From positions 1-54,780 of the IMG/VR virus record IMGVR_UViG_3300027769_000037: a stretch of DNA of 54,780 nt, one strand, 5' to 3'. This DNA is from a virus. Its lineage: Duplodnaviria; Caudoviricetes. Of this stretch, positions 38,035 to 48,068 are shown piece after piece (the stretch's first letter is position 1; every line of letters begins with the position of its first letter). A program made the position numbers and the translations under genes. The notes below the pieces were generated by a model that did not search any database, was not told the DNA's origin, and saw nothing but the letters and a program-made list of their open reading frames with translations.

Positions 38035-38720
38035 TTTTTAATACTCTTGGCATAATTACTCAACACCGCATGATCTCTTTCTAGTCGGGTTATTACGCCT
38101 GGTGCTACTAGTTTACCAGATTTTGTCTTTGCCGGATTTGTATATTCTTTTCTATTTAAAAATTCTTTAAGAGCTGCTTCGTGATTTCCTGCATTAAAAT
38201 GTTTTCTGAATGTAGGAGAATCGGTTACATGACCTCTATAAACACCACTGACTAATACAGATTGTACATCTGCCGGATAGGCGTGTAGATTTGGTATCAT
38301 CTTGACTGTTCTATTTAAATGTTCATCATAGTCTGCATCAAATAACTTTGTCGCTTGTTCCTTTGTTAATGAACCACCCTTCATAACAGATGAGCGGATA
38401 CTTGATCCAGATTTACCAAACGCTCTTGCAAATGATGATTGTGAGTTTTTTGCTTGAAGATTATGACCAACGCCGACAGTCATGAGTCCTTTTGTATCTT
38501 TATAAACTTTTAGTCGTATTCCCTCGTCTTTCATCACCATTTTCTTTATTACATCATGATGATATGTTTTTTGTTGAGGTGCTGCTTGCGTAGTTTGTTG
38601 TGTTGGCACTGGTGCTTTTGTTCCAGCCATCATGGAAGATGCTGCTGCGAAGGCCAAACCAACTCCAGCAAGCTTTCCTAACATACTTTTTTCTTGTAGA
38701 TGTTGTTTAAATGATTTCAT
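38031..38720 (-). CDS. GH24 phage lysozyme with N-terminal extension
   Basis: E-x8-D-x5-T catalytic triad (DEGIRLKVYKDTKGLMTVGVGH). Confidence 0.85.
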   Translation of the reverse strand: MKSFKQHLQEKSMLGKLAGVGLAFAAASSMMAGTKAPVPTQQTTQAAPQQKTYHHDVIKKMVMKDEGIRLKVYKDTKGLMTVGVGHNLQAKNSQSSFARAFGKSGSSIRSSVMKGGSLTKEQATKLFDADYDEHLNRTVKMIPNLHAYPADVQSVLVSGVYRGHVTDSPTFRKHFNAGNHEAALKEFLNRKEYTNPAKTKSGKLVAPGVITRLERDHAVLSNYAKSIKK

Positions 38721-39097
38721 TCGTCGTAAAATTCTGGATTTTCTTTTCCGTATATTCTGATTAACTGTCCGGCCACAGCATTTGCTTCATTTTCATGTGG
38801 AGATCCCGTGCTACCATCTAATTTGGCAGGATCATCTATTTCTTGGTGTTGCTTTTGATGAACCATTTCATGTGCAATACTTCTGCAAATATCGAATACG
38901 GCTCTATTTCCACAGAGAACCTTCATATCGCCAGAATTTAAATCATAACTGGCAGTAGTCATTTCCGGTTCTCTTTTAGATAGCATTATTATATTAGGTT
39001 TCTTTTCCAAACCAAGATGAGATGAAGCAAAATCAACAAAATGAGTGATTCTTGCTTTTTGTTTTTCTTCTTGAAGATAGGTTTTAAATGTTTTCAT
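38717..39097 (-). CDS. HExxH metallopeptidase-like protein
   Basis: RSIAHEMVHQKQ...ENEANAVAG; MKTFKTYLQEE N-terminus. Confidence 0.75.
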   Translation of the reverse strand: MKTFKTYLQEEKQKARITHFVDFASSHLGLEKKPNIIMLSKREPEMTTASYDLNSGDMKVLCGNRAVFDICRSIAHEMVHQKQHQEIDDPAKLDGSTGSPHENEANAVAGQLIRIYGKENPEFYDE

Positions 39098-39443
39098 CTA
39101 GACTCTTAAAATATTCTATTTGTTTTAATCTTTTTAAAGCGGCATCGTGTGAATCATATGTTCCTAGCACTTTACCCTTTTTACTCATTATAACATATTT
39201 ATCATCTCTCTTAACTATAGTTTCCATGAGAATATATTCATCTTCTTCTATTATGTTTCTATTCATTCTACATTGACGACCTTTAATACATCTATCGCAA
39301 TTGCATCTATGTTTTTTTGGTTGTCCATCTCTAGTTTTCTTTTTAGAATCTATTTCTTTATATTTTCTTTTCAATTTTCTATTTTCTCTTCGATTGATTT
39401 TATTTTCAAATAAACTGCTAAACAGATTCTTGAATTTTTTCAT
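39084..39443 (-). CDS. basic hypothetical protein
   Basis: MKKFKNLFSSLFE; C-terminal GKVLGTY..A.KRLKQIEYFK module. Confidence 0.65.
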   Translation of the reverse strand: MKKFKNLFSSLFENKINRRENRKLKRKYKEIDSKKKTRDGQPKKHRCNCDRCIKGRQCRMNRNIIEEDEYILMETIVKRDDKYVIMSKKGKVLGTYDSHDAALKRLKQIEYFKSLDENI

Positions 39444-39480
39444 AATATTTCTCCAAACACATTTATTTATAAATAGCTAC

Positions 39481-39702
39481 ATGAATATAAAACCATTTAG
39501 ATCATATATCGAAGAAATGACCGCCAGACAGGGATATGGTAGCGATAAACCACTAGAGGACGCTATAGCTCGTTTAAAAGCTCGTTTAGAAAAATCAAGT
39601 AGTAATAAACCTACTAAGGAATCCCCTAGGGTCATGAGGGCGGGTAGTCCAGTACCCCCGCCTGAAAAACCAAAGGGTAAGCGACCTGGAAGAAATTCTT
39701 AA
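39481..39702 (+). CDS. small basic protein
   Basis: TATAAATA at about 39468, then ATG at 39481; MNIKPFRSYIEE. Confidence 0.6.
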   Translation: MNIKPFRSYIEEMTARQGYGSDKPLEDAIARLKARLEKSSSNKPTKESPRVMRAGSPVPPPEKPKGKRPGRNS

Positions 39703-40082
39703 AGTTTAGCTCTGGTTAAACTTATTATTTTATTTAATTGTAAATCACATTGTGCGGTTCTTTGCTTGCCCGGCCAAAATATATAATCTTTATCACCATT
39801 TTTCTTGATATTTAATAGCAATGGTATAATTGCCTTTTCAATTTCAAGCATTCTGGCTTTTACTAGTTCATCATATTGATTTTTGACCGCGATAGCACCC
39901 TCGCAGGTTGAATTTATTTCTAATATTAGATCTAATTTTTCTTTAATGGCATCAATTTCTGCTGAATTTTTATTTACTATGCCATTTAATTCAGATTCAT
40001 TTACGGCACTGAATCCAAAATCTGATCCAGCGGACATATATTGTTGAAGAATATCGTCTGGTATATTAGAAAACATTGACAT
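39699..40082 (-). CDS. conserved T4-like hypothetical protein
   Basis: DFGFSAV...IIPLLLN.KKN.DKDYIFWP. Confidence 0.7.
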   Translation of the reverse strand: MSMFSNIPDDILQQYMSAGSDFGFSAVNESELNGIVNKNSAEIDAIKEKLDLILEINSTCEGAIAVKNQYDELVKARMLEIEKAIIPLLLNIKKNGDKDYIFWPGKQRTAQCDLQLNKIISLTRAKL

Positions 40083-40123
40083 AAATAATTTCTTTCTAAA
40101 GTATATATATTAGGGAGATTAGT

Positions 40124-41410
40124 ATGGCATCAAATATTAAATTTAAGAGAGGCGTTGGTACACCAAGTGGTTTAACTTTAGGTGAACCAGCATACGATTT
40201 AAGTAATAATAAGTTATTTATTGGATTGACCTCATCTTCCATGTGGGTAGGCGCCGAAGTAGACAATGGTGATCTAACCACAAATAGTCAAATTAAAATA
40301 CCAACTCAATATGCCGTCAAACAATATGTTGATGGATTTGTCGGTGGCGGTGCGGTAACTACAGTCAACGGTGCCACCGGAGCTGTAAATATTGTTGGTG
40401 GATCTTCTATAAATGTAACAACTGTTGGTAAAACTTTTACGATAGATAATCAAGGTGTTCGTAGTATTTCAGGAACCAGCAATCAAATATCAGTATCTGG
40501 TGCAACTGGTGATATAACGATAAGTATTCCAAGCTCACTTACAGTGCCTGGTAGTTTAAATGTCAGCACCGATCTTACGGTTTCTGGCAATTTAACCATT
40601 AACGGAACAACAACTACGGTAAACAGTAATGTTTCTACGATTGATGATCCTATATTACTGATAGGAACATCAGGTGGTGTTCCTATCTCTGCAAGCGATG
40701 GTGGAAAAGATAGAGGAATTGCGTTTACATATTATGATGGAGCGGCAGGAAGAACAGGATTCTTTGGATTTGATTCTAGCACCTCTAAATTTACATATAT
40801 TCCAATTGCTACTGTAGATTCTGAAATCATAACATCTGGAACGCCTGGAGATGTTCAATTTAAGTCATTGTATCTGACTACAGATGGTACAAATTTGGGT
40901 GGATTGACTCTTGCAAATTTAGCTTCTAGTAGAACATATACCCTACCCGATCATACAGGTACAATCGTTGCGCCATCTGATCTAGGAACGAATAATTATA
41001 TTTTGAAAGCAAGTGGTGTTACTTTACAACCGACATGGGCGGATCAATCTACATTGTCAGTTGGATCAGCAGCAACTTTAACAACAGCAAGAACAATTGG
41101 AATTACTGGTGACATCGACGGTGTTGCAACTTCTTTTGATGGTTCGACAAATATTACAATAAGTGCAACAATTGCCGCAAATTCTGTCGCATTAGGCACA
41201 GATACGACAGGTAACTATGTATCAACGATATCATCATCCAGCACCGGTCTTTCTGTTCAAAACTCTGGCACAGAAACCGCAGCAGTTACTATAGATTTTA
41301 CCACTATAACCAGTGGTTTAAATATGGGAACATTTACATTTGCTACTTCCGAGTTTATAAATACATCAGGAACAATATCACTAGGAGTGATTGATGGCGG
41401 ATTCTATTGA
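40124..41410 (+). CDS. tail fibre / structural fibre-like protein
   Basis: IKFKRG...LTLGEPAYD N-terminus, VTTVNGATGAV, GNLTINGTTTTVNS, C-terminal IDGGFY. Confidence 0.75.
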   Translation: MASNIKFKRGVGTPSGLTLGEPAYDLSNNKLFIGLTSSSMWVGAEVDNGDLTTNSQIKIPTQYAVKQYVDGFVGGGAVTTVNGATGAVNIVGGSSINVTTVGKTFTIDNQGVRSISGTSNQISVSGATGDITISIPSSLTVPGSLNVSTDLTVSGNLTINGTTTTVNSNVSTIDDPILLIGTSGGVPISASDGGKDRGIAFTYYDGAAGRTGFFGFDSSTSKFTYIPIATVDSEIITSGTPGDVQFKSLYLTTDGTNLGGLTLANLASSRTYTLPDHTGTIVAPSDLGTNNYILKASGVTLQPTWADQSTLSVGSAATLTTARTIGITGDIDGVATSFDGSTNITISATIAANSVALGTDTTGNYVSTISSSSTGLSVQNSGTETAAVTIDFTTITSGLNMGTFTFATSEFINTSGTISLGVIDGGFY

Positions 41411-41429
41411 AAATTATTAAGGATTAGTT

Positions 41430-41873
41430 ATGCAACAAGCGAATTATCAAGAAAAAATAGTTATACCAACACTTCAAAAGAAAATTCTAGATTTACAATC
41501 TTCAAATTTATTTCTTGAAGTTTCTCTGTTGGTTGAACAAAATAAACTAAAAGACATTCAAACTTTTTATCAAACAGAGCTAGAAACATACGAATCTAAA
41601 ATTAAAGGTAATTCAGAAACCAAAAACAGATTGAACTCTTTAAGTGATGAAAACACCAAAAATATTCAGACCATTGAAAAGATGCAAAACGAATTGAATC
41701 TACTCGCTGAAAAGATAGCAAGAGAAATTAGCATTAAAGACAATATCGCAAAAGAATATATTTCTTTAAAGAACAACTACGATCTTCTAAAAATAGAAAA
41801 TGAAGATTTAAAGAAAAAAACAAATAATAGAAAAAAGAAAGAAGAGGTAGTTTATGATGGCGAAACTTACTGA
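41430..41873 (+). CDS. coiled-coil protein
   Basis: Heptad-rich E/K/L composition. Confidence 0.65.
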   Translation: MQQANYQEKIVIPTLQKKILDLQSSNLFLEVSLLVEQNKLKDIQTFYQTELETYESKIKGNSETKNRLNSLSDENTKNIQTIEKMQNELNLLAEKIAREISIKDNIAKEYISLKNNYDLLKIENEDLKKKTNNRKKKEEVVYDGETY

Positions 41874-42063
41874 AAGTAAAATAAAAAACCTAGCACATGA
41901 TGCTGGATATACATTTGATGGTAAGCATTGGGTTCACGATAAAACAGGTGATAAAAAAACCACAGATGAGTTATTATCTAAACTCGCGCCAAAAAAGAAA
42001 TCAGTCAATTCTCTGATAACAGATAAATTAAAAGCAACTCGATCCCAAAAACCAAAAAAGTAA
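41854..42063 (+). CDS. hypothetical protein
   Basis: GAGG SD; overlaps upstream gene. Confidence 0.55.
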   Translation: MMAKLTESKIKNLAHDAGYTFDGKHWVHDKTGDKKTTDELLSKLAPKKKSVNSLITDKLKATRSQKPKK

Positions 42064-42068
42064 TTTCT

Positions 42069-42506
42069 TTAATCTGGCGTTCTAATAGATTTATAAGATT
42101 GAGTATAATTATTTGCGCTATTTGGCTTGCTTTGTAAAGCCTTCGATAATCCATATCCACCAGCTGCTCCTATAGCAGCAGCAAGACCAATTGAGGTCAA
42201 TGGTCTTTTTCTTATAATTGGTCTAATACCACGAGCCGCGTGCTTGGTCATCATGCTAACACCTGTTGCGGCATGCATAGTCCCAGCAGTTGCCTGTTTG
42301 ATGCCTGGAATTGATCCACGAACGGCAGATACGCTTCCAGAAATAATATTACGAATTCCCTCTAATCCGACTTTTGCTCCGCGAATTATGCCTTGTTTGG
42401 CATTATGTTTTACTTTCGCTTCATACAATTTTCTGGTGCTATCACGATTTGAAAGTTTCTCGTAGAGATCAAGTCTTAAGTTTTGTTTTAGTTCTATATT
42501 AGTCAT
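42069..42506 (-). CDS. basic protein with C-terminal Gly/Ala hydrophobic helix
   Basis: LYE motifs; IGLAAAIGAAGGYGL. Confidence 0.55.
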   Translation of the reverse strand: MTNIELKQNLRLDLYEKLSNRDSTRKLYEAKVKHNAKQGIIRGAKVGLEGIRNIISGSVSAVRGSIPGIKQATAGTMHAATGVSMMTKHAARGIRPIIRKRPLTSIGLAAAIGAAGGYGLSKALQSKPNSANNYTQSYKSIRTPD

Positions 42507-42509
42507 GAT

Positions 42510-43229
42510 TCAATTTTCACCTATCTGTGATTTTGCTCTTTCGATACCCACTCGTCTTCTGCCTATTTTAGATATTTTTTTCAAATATTCAGCAACATTT
42601 GAGTTTATCCATTCAGAACTACCGCCCGTGTTGGCTCGTGTAATAGCGAGTTTTGATGTTGTCTGAAGCCTGGGTATTTCTCTTTCAGACTTTTTTATAT
42701 AATTCGTCAGTGTTCGTTTACTCAACTCGGTCAACAAGTGCTCTTTTAGCTTTTGTTTTGATTCCAAAACATCTTTTCCAACTAATTGTCCCTTCGCTCT
42801 CTCTATTCCTTTTTCCTGACGACCTCTTCGGATGAATCCAGATGTTATCATGTTTGCTAAAAGGCTCGCTCGTTTTCTATATTCAGACGATTTCCATTTG
42901 TCACCTTCGATATTTGCTCTATCTGATCTATATTGGTGTTGTCGTGCGGCATATAATTTTTGTTCGTCTGCTTTTCTTGTTGGAACATATCCTTGTTTTA
43001 TCATTTCACCGCGTTTTGCGACATATGAACGAAGAGTCGCATCACTCAATTCGTTTATTTGCTCTTTGGGTTTTTCTATGTCCACAATCGCCTCCAACAA
43101 TGACTTTTGTGCCTTTGGTTTTACGATTGGTTCGGCGGGAGCCAGTTTCGCAACCTTCTGAAGATTCTTTAATACCGATGCCTTTGAAATAGGCATATTT
43201 CCATTCGTTAGGGACTCTCTTATGTTCAT
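42510..43229 (-). CDS. repeat-module probable internal head protein
   Basis: Two modules: INELSDATLRSY..EKGIERAK and LTELSKRTLTNY..VGIERAK. Confidence 0.65.
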   Translation of the reverse strand: MNIRESLTNGNMPISKASVLKNLQKVAKLAPAEPIVKPKAQKSLLEAIVDIEKPKEQINELSDATLRSYVAKRGEMIKQGYVPTRKADEQKLYAARQHQYRSDRANIEGDKWKSSEYRKRASLLANMITSGFIRRGRQEKGIERAKGQLVGKDVLESKQKLKEHLLTELSKRTLTNYIKKSEREIPRLQTTSKLAITRANTGGSSEWINSNVAEYLKKISKIGRRRVGIERAKSQIGEN

Positions 43230-43230
43230 A

Positions 43231-44025
43231 TTATTTACCTCTTGATTTTGGTTCTAGTTTTAATGTAAATTTATTACCGAGTGTTGGATGATATACTAAT
43301 TTTTCATGTTGAGAAGGAACATAGATTTTACCATTCAAGTTAGCTCTTGATGCTTTTGATACACTTGGCATTTTTTTGCCAGGTTCTATACCATATTTGT
43401 TTCGGTGAATATTCACTAATCTAGTATAATGATTAACATCAGAATTAAAATCTCTCATTGCCGCTCGATCATTTTGTTTCGTTACCTTCTTCAACATCTT
43501 CGATGCGCGGTTCAGTCTGGTTAAATAGAAGTTATGATCTCTTCGATGTTCATTGTAATCGGCTGCATCAATTATTCCGGCGACAGGATGATTTATGAGA
43601 CTCAATCCTCGTCTGTGTGCAATCTTTAATTTTCTCATTTTGGCTAGTCTTGCCCACACGCTCGCACTTCCTTTTGTCTGTATATTATCACTCTCAATCG
43701 TTTTTCCTAATTTATCCGCAATCATTGCATATACTTTAGGCATCAGATTCTTCACTTTTGCCTTTCCGCCTCGGTGTGCAGGGTGTATGGAAGGCCCTTC
43801 CGGCACCACCTTTTTTCCATAATGACCGAGAGGAACATTACCAATCGTCTTGCCATTATGAGTGATGAATGCCGTGCTAGAATCGCGTTCATCCTGATGA
43901 TGATGAATCTCGTAACGACCTATTTTACCCAATAATCGCGGACCTTGAGTGTGTATATATCTCTTCGATGTCGTTTGATTATTAATAGTCGGTTCTTCGG
44001 TAATGTATTGAATAAAGGTTTTCAT
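43231..44025 (-). CDS. GNAT-like fold probable internal protein
   Basis: IHPAHRGG...PKVY...IESDNIQTKGSASVW; MKTFIQYITEE N-terminus. Confidence 0.55.
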   Translation of the reverse strand: MKTFIQYITEEPTINNQTTSKRYIHTQGPRLLGKIGRYEIHHHQDERDSSTAFITHNGKTIGNVPLGHYGKKVVPEGPSIHPAHRGGKAKVKNLMPKVYAMIADKLGKTIESDNIQTKGSASVWARLAKMRKLKIAHRRGLSLINHPVAGIIDAADYNEHRRDHNFYLTRLNRASKMLKKVTKQNDRAAMRDFNSDVNHYTRLVNIHRNKYGIEPGKKMPSVSKASRANLNGKIYVPSQHEKLVYHPTLGNKFTLKLEPKSRGK

Positions 44026-44786
44026 GATCGTTTCGTTAGAATCCCAATCGCTCTCTTGATTCCCTTCTCGTATCTCTTTTGCTTGCCAATGAGTTTTCCT
44101 AATTTCGACACTGAACCTTTTGTTTTCTCTGCAACACGAGTCGCCTCGTTAGGTCGTCTAACCGCTTCTCGGGATATATTACTCAATTGATTTTGAATAT
44201 TATCACCCACATCACGAATTGCCTGTAATCGTGAAGGTGTCTGCTTATTTCTCTTTGAGACATAGCTCATGAGTGCTCTTCTACCCGCCAGTGTGTCACC
44301 GAGCTCATTTAGTAAATCTTTGTTCTCTGGGTCTACAATCGTCAATGCTCTTCTCATACCGGTGCTCATTCGACCAACTCTATTTTTGACTCTGCTACCA
44401 TATTTTAAAAGAGAACTCGATTGTTTCATAGCCGTGTCCATCCGTGCAGGATCACCCGAAAGTCGTGCCGAGATCAAACGACTAGTCATTGCGTCGGTTT
44501 TAGAAGTCAATCCCTGAATAACTTGAACACCTTTTTCCAAATGTGGTTCTCTCTTCATCAGATAACGAGTCAATGCCGCTTTACCAGCCGGAGTGTCACC
44601 GAGTTCATTTAGGACCATTTCATTATTTTCTTTCATGTTCCATGAATGACCATACATGACTTGCTTCCAGCGATTGCCATATTGTTTCTTGAATGATGCC
44701 TTTACTTTTGGATTGGATGCCCATTTCTCTTTACCGGGAGCAGCCATTTCATTTAGACGATTTTTATAATATTCGATCATTGACAT
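44022..44786 (-). CDS. repeat-module probable internal head protein
   Basis: RLNE, then LNELGDTPAG / LNELGDTLAG repeats; KASFKKQYG..WKQVMY module. Confidence 0.65.
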   Translation of the reverse strand: MSMIEYYKNRLNEMAAPGKEKWASNPKVKASFKKQYGNRWKQVMYGHSWNMKENNEMVLNELGDTPAGKAALTRYLMKREPHLEKGVQVIQGLTSKTDAMTSRLISARLSGDPARMDTAMKQSSSLLKYGSRVKNRVGRMSTGMRRALTIVDPENKDLLNELGDTLAGRRALMSYVSKRNKQTPSRLQAIRDVGDNIQNQLSNISREAVRRPNEATRVAEKTKGSVSKLGKLIGKQKRYEKGIKRAIGILTKRS

Positions 44787-45068
44787 ATTATTTCTCCATA
44801 TATTCTATGTATATGTTGATTAAAGATGCAATAAAATGGGAAGTAGTTTCATTGCTGAACACAGATGGCATATATCGTGTTCAAAATGAAAGAAATAAAG
44901 GAAAATATAGGTAAATGCCATATTTCCTTATTGAGAGGGCATATATCGGTATAGAGTAGAGAAAAGAGTGGATAGATGGGTCAGCGTGTGCAAAATGGTG
45001 GAAAATGGGTGTGGCTTTCGGGGTGGTTGGAAAGGCTGGGGGCAATGTGGCATTTAGGCATTTATAGA

Positions 45069-45662
45069 TCACCCCTCAAACAATCTCTCCAGCTTTCTCT
45101 CTACCCTCGCAGGAACCGCATACCACGAGCGAGATCGAAATGTATCAGGCATTTCAGCCAATATACGCCATGATGGCTGACGAGCATTGAATGTTCTATG
45201 TTTTCTATACATGTGATACAAATACACATATAGATGAGCTTCACGAATATACTTCTCTGTATTGATGGGAAGATTCCATTCCTGAATCAGTTTTACAGCC
45301 CTCTTATCACATTTCCATTCCATATGGGCGGCGATGCGAAAGGCATTGATGATTCTGGGGGAAAGGCAAATATCTCCCATCACATATCTTTCGCAAATAG
45401 CTAATGCCTTTGTCTCTCGATTCAGTTGTTTCGAGGTGCTCTCGAGCCAGTCGAGAAAATGACAATATTCGTGTAGCAGGGTTTCAAACCAATTTGCAGC
45501 TCGTTTAGCTACGCGAATCACTCGCCTAGAATCATCAAAGAATCCAGTGCACCTATATCCAGAACCCGTATTTACCTGATAGGCATTGGCAAATATCAGT
45601 TTGAAATTATATTCTTTGAGATGAGTACGAACATGTTGAATAAAATCTTTCGATATCTTCAT
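45069..45662 (-). CDS. HExxH metallopeptidase-like protein
   Basis: TLLHEYCH...EWKCD; GGAG 8 nt before ATG at 45662. Confidence 0.65.
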   Translation of the reverse strand: MKISKDFIQHVRTHLKEYNFKLIFANAYQVNTGSGYRCTGFFDDSRRVIRVAKRAANWFETLLHEYCHFLDWLESTSKQLNRETKALAICERYVMGDICLSPRIINAFRIAAHMEWKCDKRAVKLIQEWNLPINTEKYIREAHLYVYLYHMYRKHRTFNARQPSWRILAEMPDTFRSRSWYAVPARVERKLERLFEG

Positions 45663-45788
45663 GACACATTCTCCATTCATATGTAGATTCGCTGAAGTAG
45701 CATGACATATGATTTGTGAATAATGAAACACAATATTGACAAATCACTATCATCGAACGCTCTTGCGAGCGTTGATGGGGGGCTGGGT

Positions 45789-48059
45789 TTAGCGGGCGAT
45801 GATGTCAATGAACCGATTGAGCATGACGCGAGACTTGTTCTTATTCTTCGCGTCCTTCAGCAGCGCCTTGGTGACCTGATTGACCGTGGCACCGACAGAG
45901 ATGTTGTTGAGTGCCTTGTTATCGGCAGAGACATTCATATCGGTGGCGCTGATGAGGAACCGATGAGAGTATCCACCATTGCCGGGAAGCGCCTCGGCGA
46001 ATCCGAGCGAATCCCAAGTGCGAATAGCTTCCTGCATCGCCTTCTCGTTGGTCACCGAGTGCTCCTGCCACGACGCCTTCTGACCATCGAGCCTCTTGTT
46101 GCAGAGAAGGTAGAACCCGATGGCATTGGTCTTGGTGCGATCACGGAAGATGCGAAGCAGAGTCTCGGTCGAGTTGTACGATCCGATCGAGGCCTCGTAG
46201 GTCTTACGAGTGACCGGATCAATGATGTAACCCTTGGTCTTGTAGAACGAATCAGAGTAGGGAAGATTGTTGCCACTCGACTGACCATCCGTGAGGAAGA
46301 TCGTATTGACGATCTGAAGCTTGTTCGCAGCGCGGAACTGCGGCACCATGTCCATCGCAGCGACGATGCACTCATCGAGCGGAGTAGAACCGAGGTAATA
46401 CTGCGACGGGATCAGATAGGAGCTGTAGAAAGAAGCAGCGTATGCGAGACGGAACATATTGTCGATGCCGGTCTTCCACTCGTTACCGGTCATACGCGAA
46501 GACAGGAAGTTCAGGAGCATGAACGCGCTGAACGAAGCCGGGGTGGCCTTACCGAGTTTGTTCTCGGTCCAGAAATCCTTGCGATTGAAGCTCGGACCGG
46601 AAGTGTTGGCGCCCGACGATGCGATGGAATGGTTGACGGGGCAGGAGGTGAAGGCGTAGACCTCGAAAGGAATGTTGACCTTGCGGCAGAAGAGAGTGAG
46701 AATCACGAGCTGCTTCACGGTATCCATGAGAATCGGAGACATCGAAGAAGACCAGTCGATATACATGACGAGTCCGTGGCTCTTGCCATCAGCAACAACG
46801 GCATTGCGACGGAAGATGTCTTCGCTGAACTTGTAAGACATCATGCGAACCGTGTCAATGACACCGCTGCGAGCAATCGAGGTGCGCTTCGCACGATCTG
46901 CCGCCTTGCGCATCTCAAACTGCTTCACCATGTCGCTGACGATGGGAGCAGATTCTGCCATGAACGAGATCATGACGGAACGATACGCCTGCTCGCTACT
47001 CTTCAGATCATGAAGCCTGCTGGTCTTCACCGGACTGTCTGCACCACTGAGGACCTCGTTTCGATAAGATTCCATGTCACGGGCAACATTCTTGTAGTCC
47101 CACACGATGTTGTCGAGATTAGGCGTATCGAGAACACCATAGGAAACACTGCGAGTGTTGCCACGGTGCTGATTCATGCTCTGATCGAAGGCCTTCTGCG
47201 TGAGAGAACGCGCCGGAACCTGCGTCATGGTCTGACAGGGATCGAAACCGATCGAGGACTGATCTTCACCGGGATCGGAGTCATCTCCATTATCCTCGCC
47301 GCTGTTGCCGTTGCCTGAGGAATCGGACTTGGCCTGATCGTTGGACGGCTGAGACGAGACGGATTCCGAATCGTCACCATCTTCTCCCGGCTTACCGGGA
47401 ACCATAGCCGCAGCGAGATGCTGCTTGCGCTCCGTGTCGTTACGAGTATTGCCACAGTAGGAGAACAGCTCGGACGCGATGACAGTGACCTCATCGAACG
47501 ACTTGGCCGCAGCGATGCGGTCAACGAACACTTGCTCCGCAGGAGTGAAGATGATCTGCTGCGGGCACTGCGAACCGAGCTTGAAGTGAATGTTGATGCG
47601 GTCGAGAAGCGGAAGATCGTTGATGTTCGTACCCTTGAGTCCGAAGAAGTCCCGATCAATCATCTCCTTATACGCATTGAAGAAGTCACGGCGAAGACCG
47701 GGGAGCTTGTCCTGAACAAGGCGCTCGATACGAGCATCCTCAACGACATTCAGGTAATCCATGGCGACCTCGACATTGCCCTTGCCGCCGATGTCGAATG
47801 CGGCCGCGATACCTTCCGCAGCTTCGTCGCGTTCAGTCCACGGAGTGTAGAGAGCGTGACCGATCTCATGCCCGATGAGCATATCGTAGAGACTGTCGCT
47901 CATGTTGTCCCAAGTGGGAAGAGTGAGAACGCGATCCCGCGTATCGAACATCGCAGTACGCGCCTGCGGATTGTGCTCGACCGTGAGGTTTTCGCCAGCG
48001 AGAAGACGAGCGAGAAGGTCCTTGGAAGTGGTGGAAACGGTAGTAGTGGTCTGTGCCAT
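45789..48059 (-). CDS. metallopeptidase + VWA (CobT-like) domain protein
   Basis: HEIGHALYT, NVVEDARIE, MIDAS DWSSSM, STPL, LTDG; start at 48059 (MAQTT). Confidence 0.88.
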   Translation of the reverse strand: MAQTTTTVSTTSKDLLARLLAGENLTVEHNPQARTAMFDTRDRVLTLPTWDNMSDSLYDMLIGHEIGHALYTPWTERDEAAEGIAAAFDIGGKGNVEVAMDYLNVVEDARIERLVQDKLPGLRRDFFNAYKEMIDRDFFGLKGTNINDLPLLDRINIHFKLGSQCPQQIIFTPAEQVFVDRIAAAKSFDEVTVIASELFSYCGNTRNDTERKQHLAAAMVPGKPGEDGDDSESVSSQPSNDQAKSDSSGNGNSGEDNGDDSDPGEDQSSIGFDPCQTMTQVPARSLTQKAFDQSMNQHRGNTRSVSYGVLDTPNLDNIVWDYKNVARDMESYRNEVLSGADSPVKTSRLHDLKSSEQAYRSVMISFMAESAPIVSDMVKQFEMRKAADRAKRTSIARSGVIDTVRMMSYKFSEDIFRRNAVVADGKSHGLVMYIDWSSSMSPILMDTVKQLVILTLFCRKVNIPFEVYAFTSCPVNHSIASSGANTSGPSFNRKDFWTENKLGKATPASFSAFMLLNFLSSRMTGNEWKTGIDNMFRLAYAASFYSSYLIPSQYYLGSTPLDECIVAAMDMVPQFRAANKLQIVNTIFLTDGQSSGNNLPYSDSFYKTKGYIIDPVTRKTYEASIGSYNSTETLLRIFRDRTKTNAIGFYLLCNKRLDGQKASWQEHSVTNEKAMQEAIRTWDSLGFAEALPGNGGYSHRFLISATDMNVSADNKALNNISVGATVNQVTKALLKDAKNKNKSRVMLNRFIDIIAR

Positions 48060-48068
48060 AGTGGGTAC

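Noticed and set aside
45723-47318. 531-aa + strand ORF (also 48210-49643 minus, 52653-53468 minus, 50360-50989 minus)
   Set aside because: Antisense shadows of real GC-rich genes with biased codon use; no motifs or starts.
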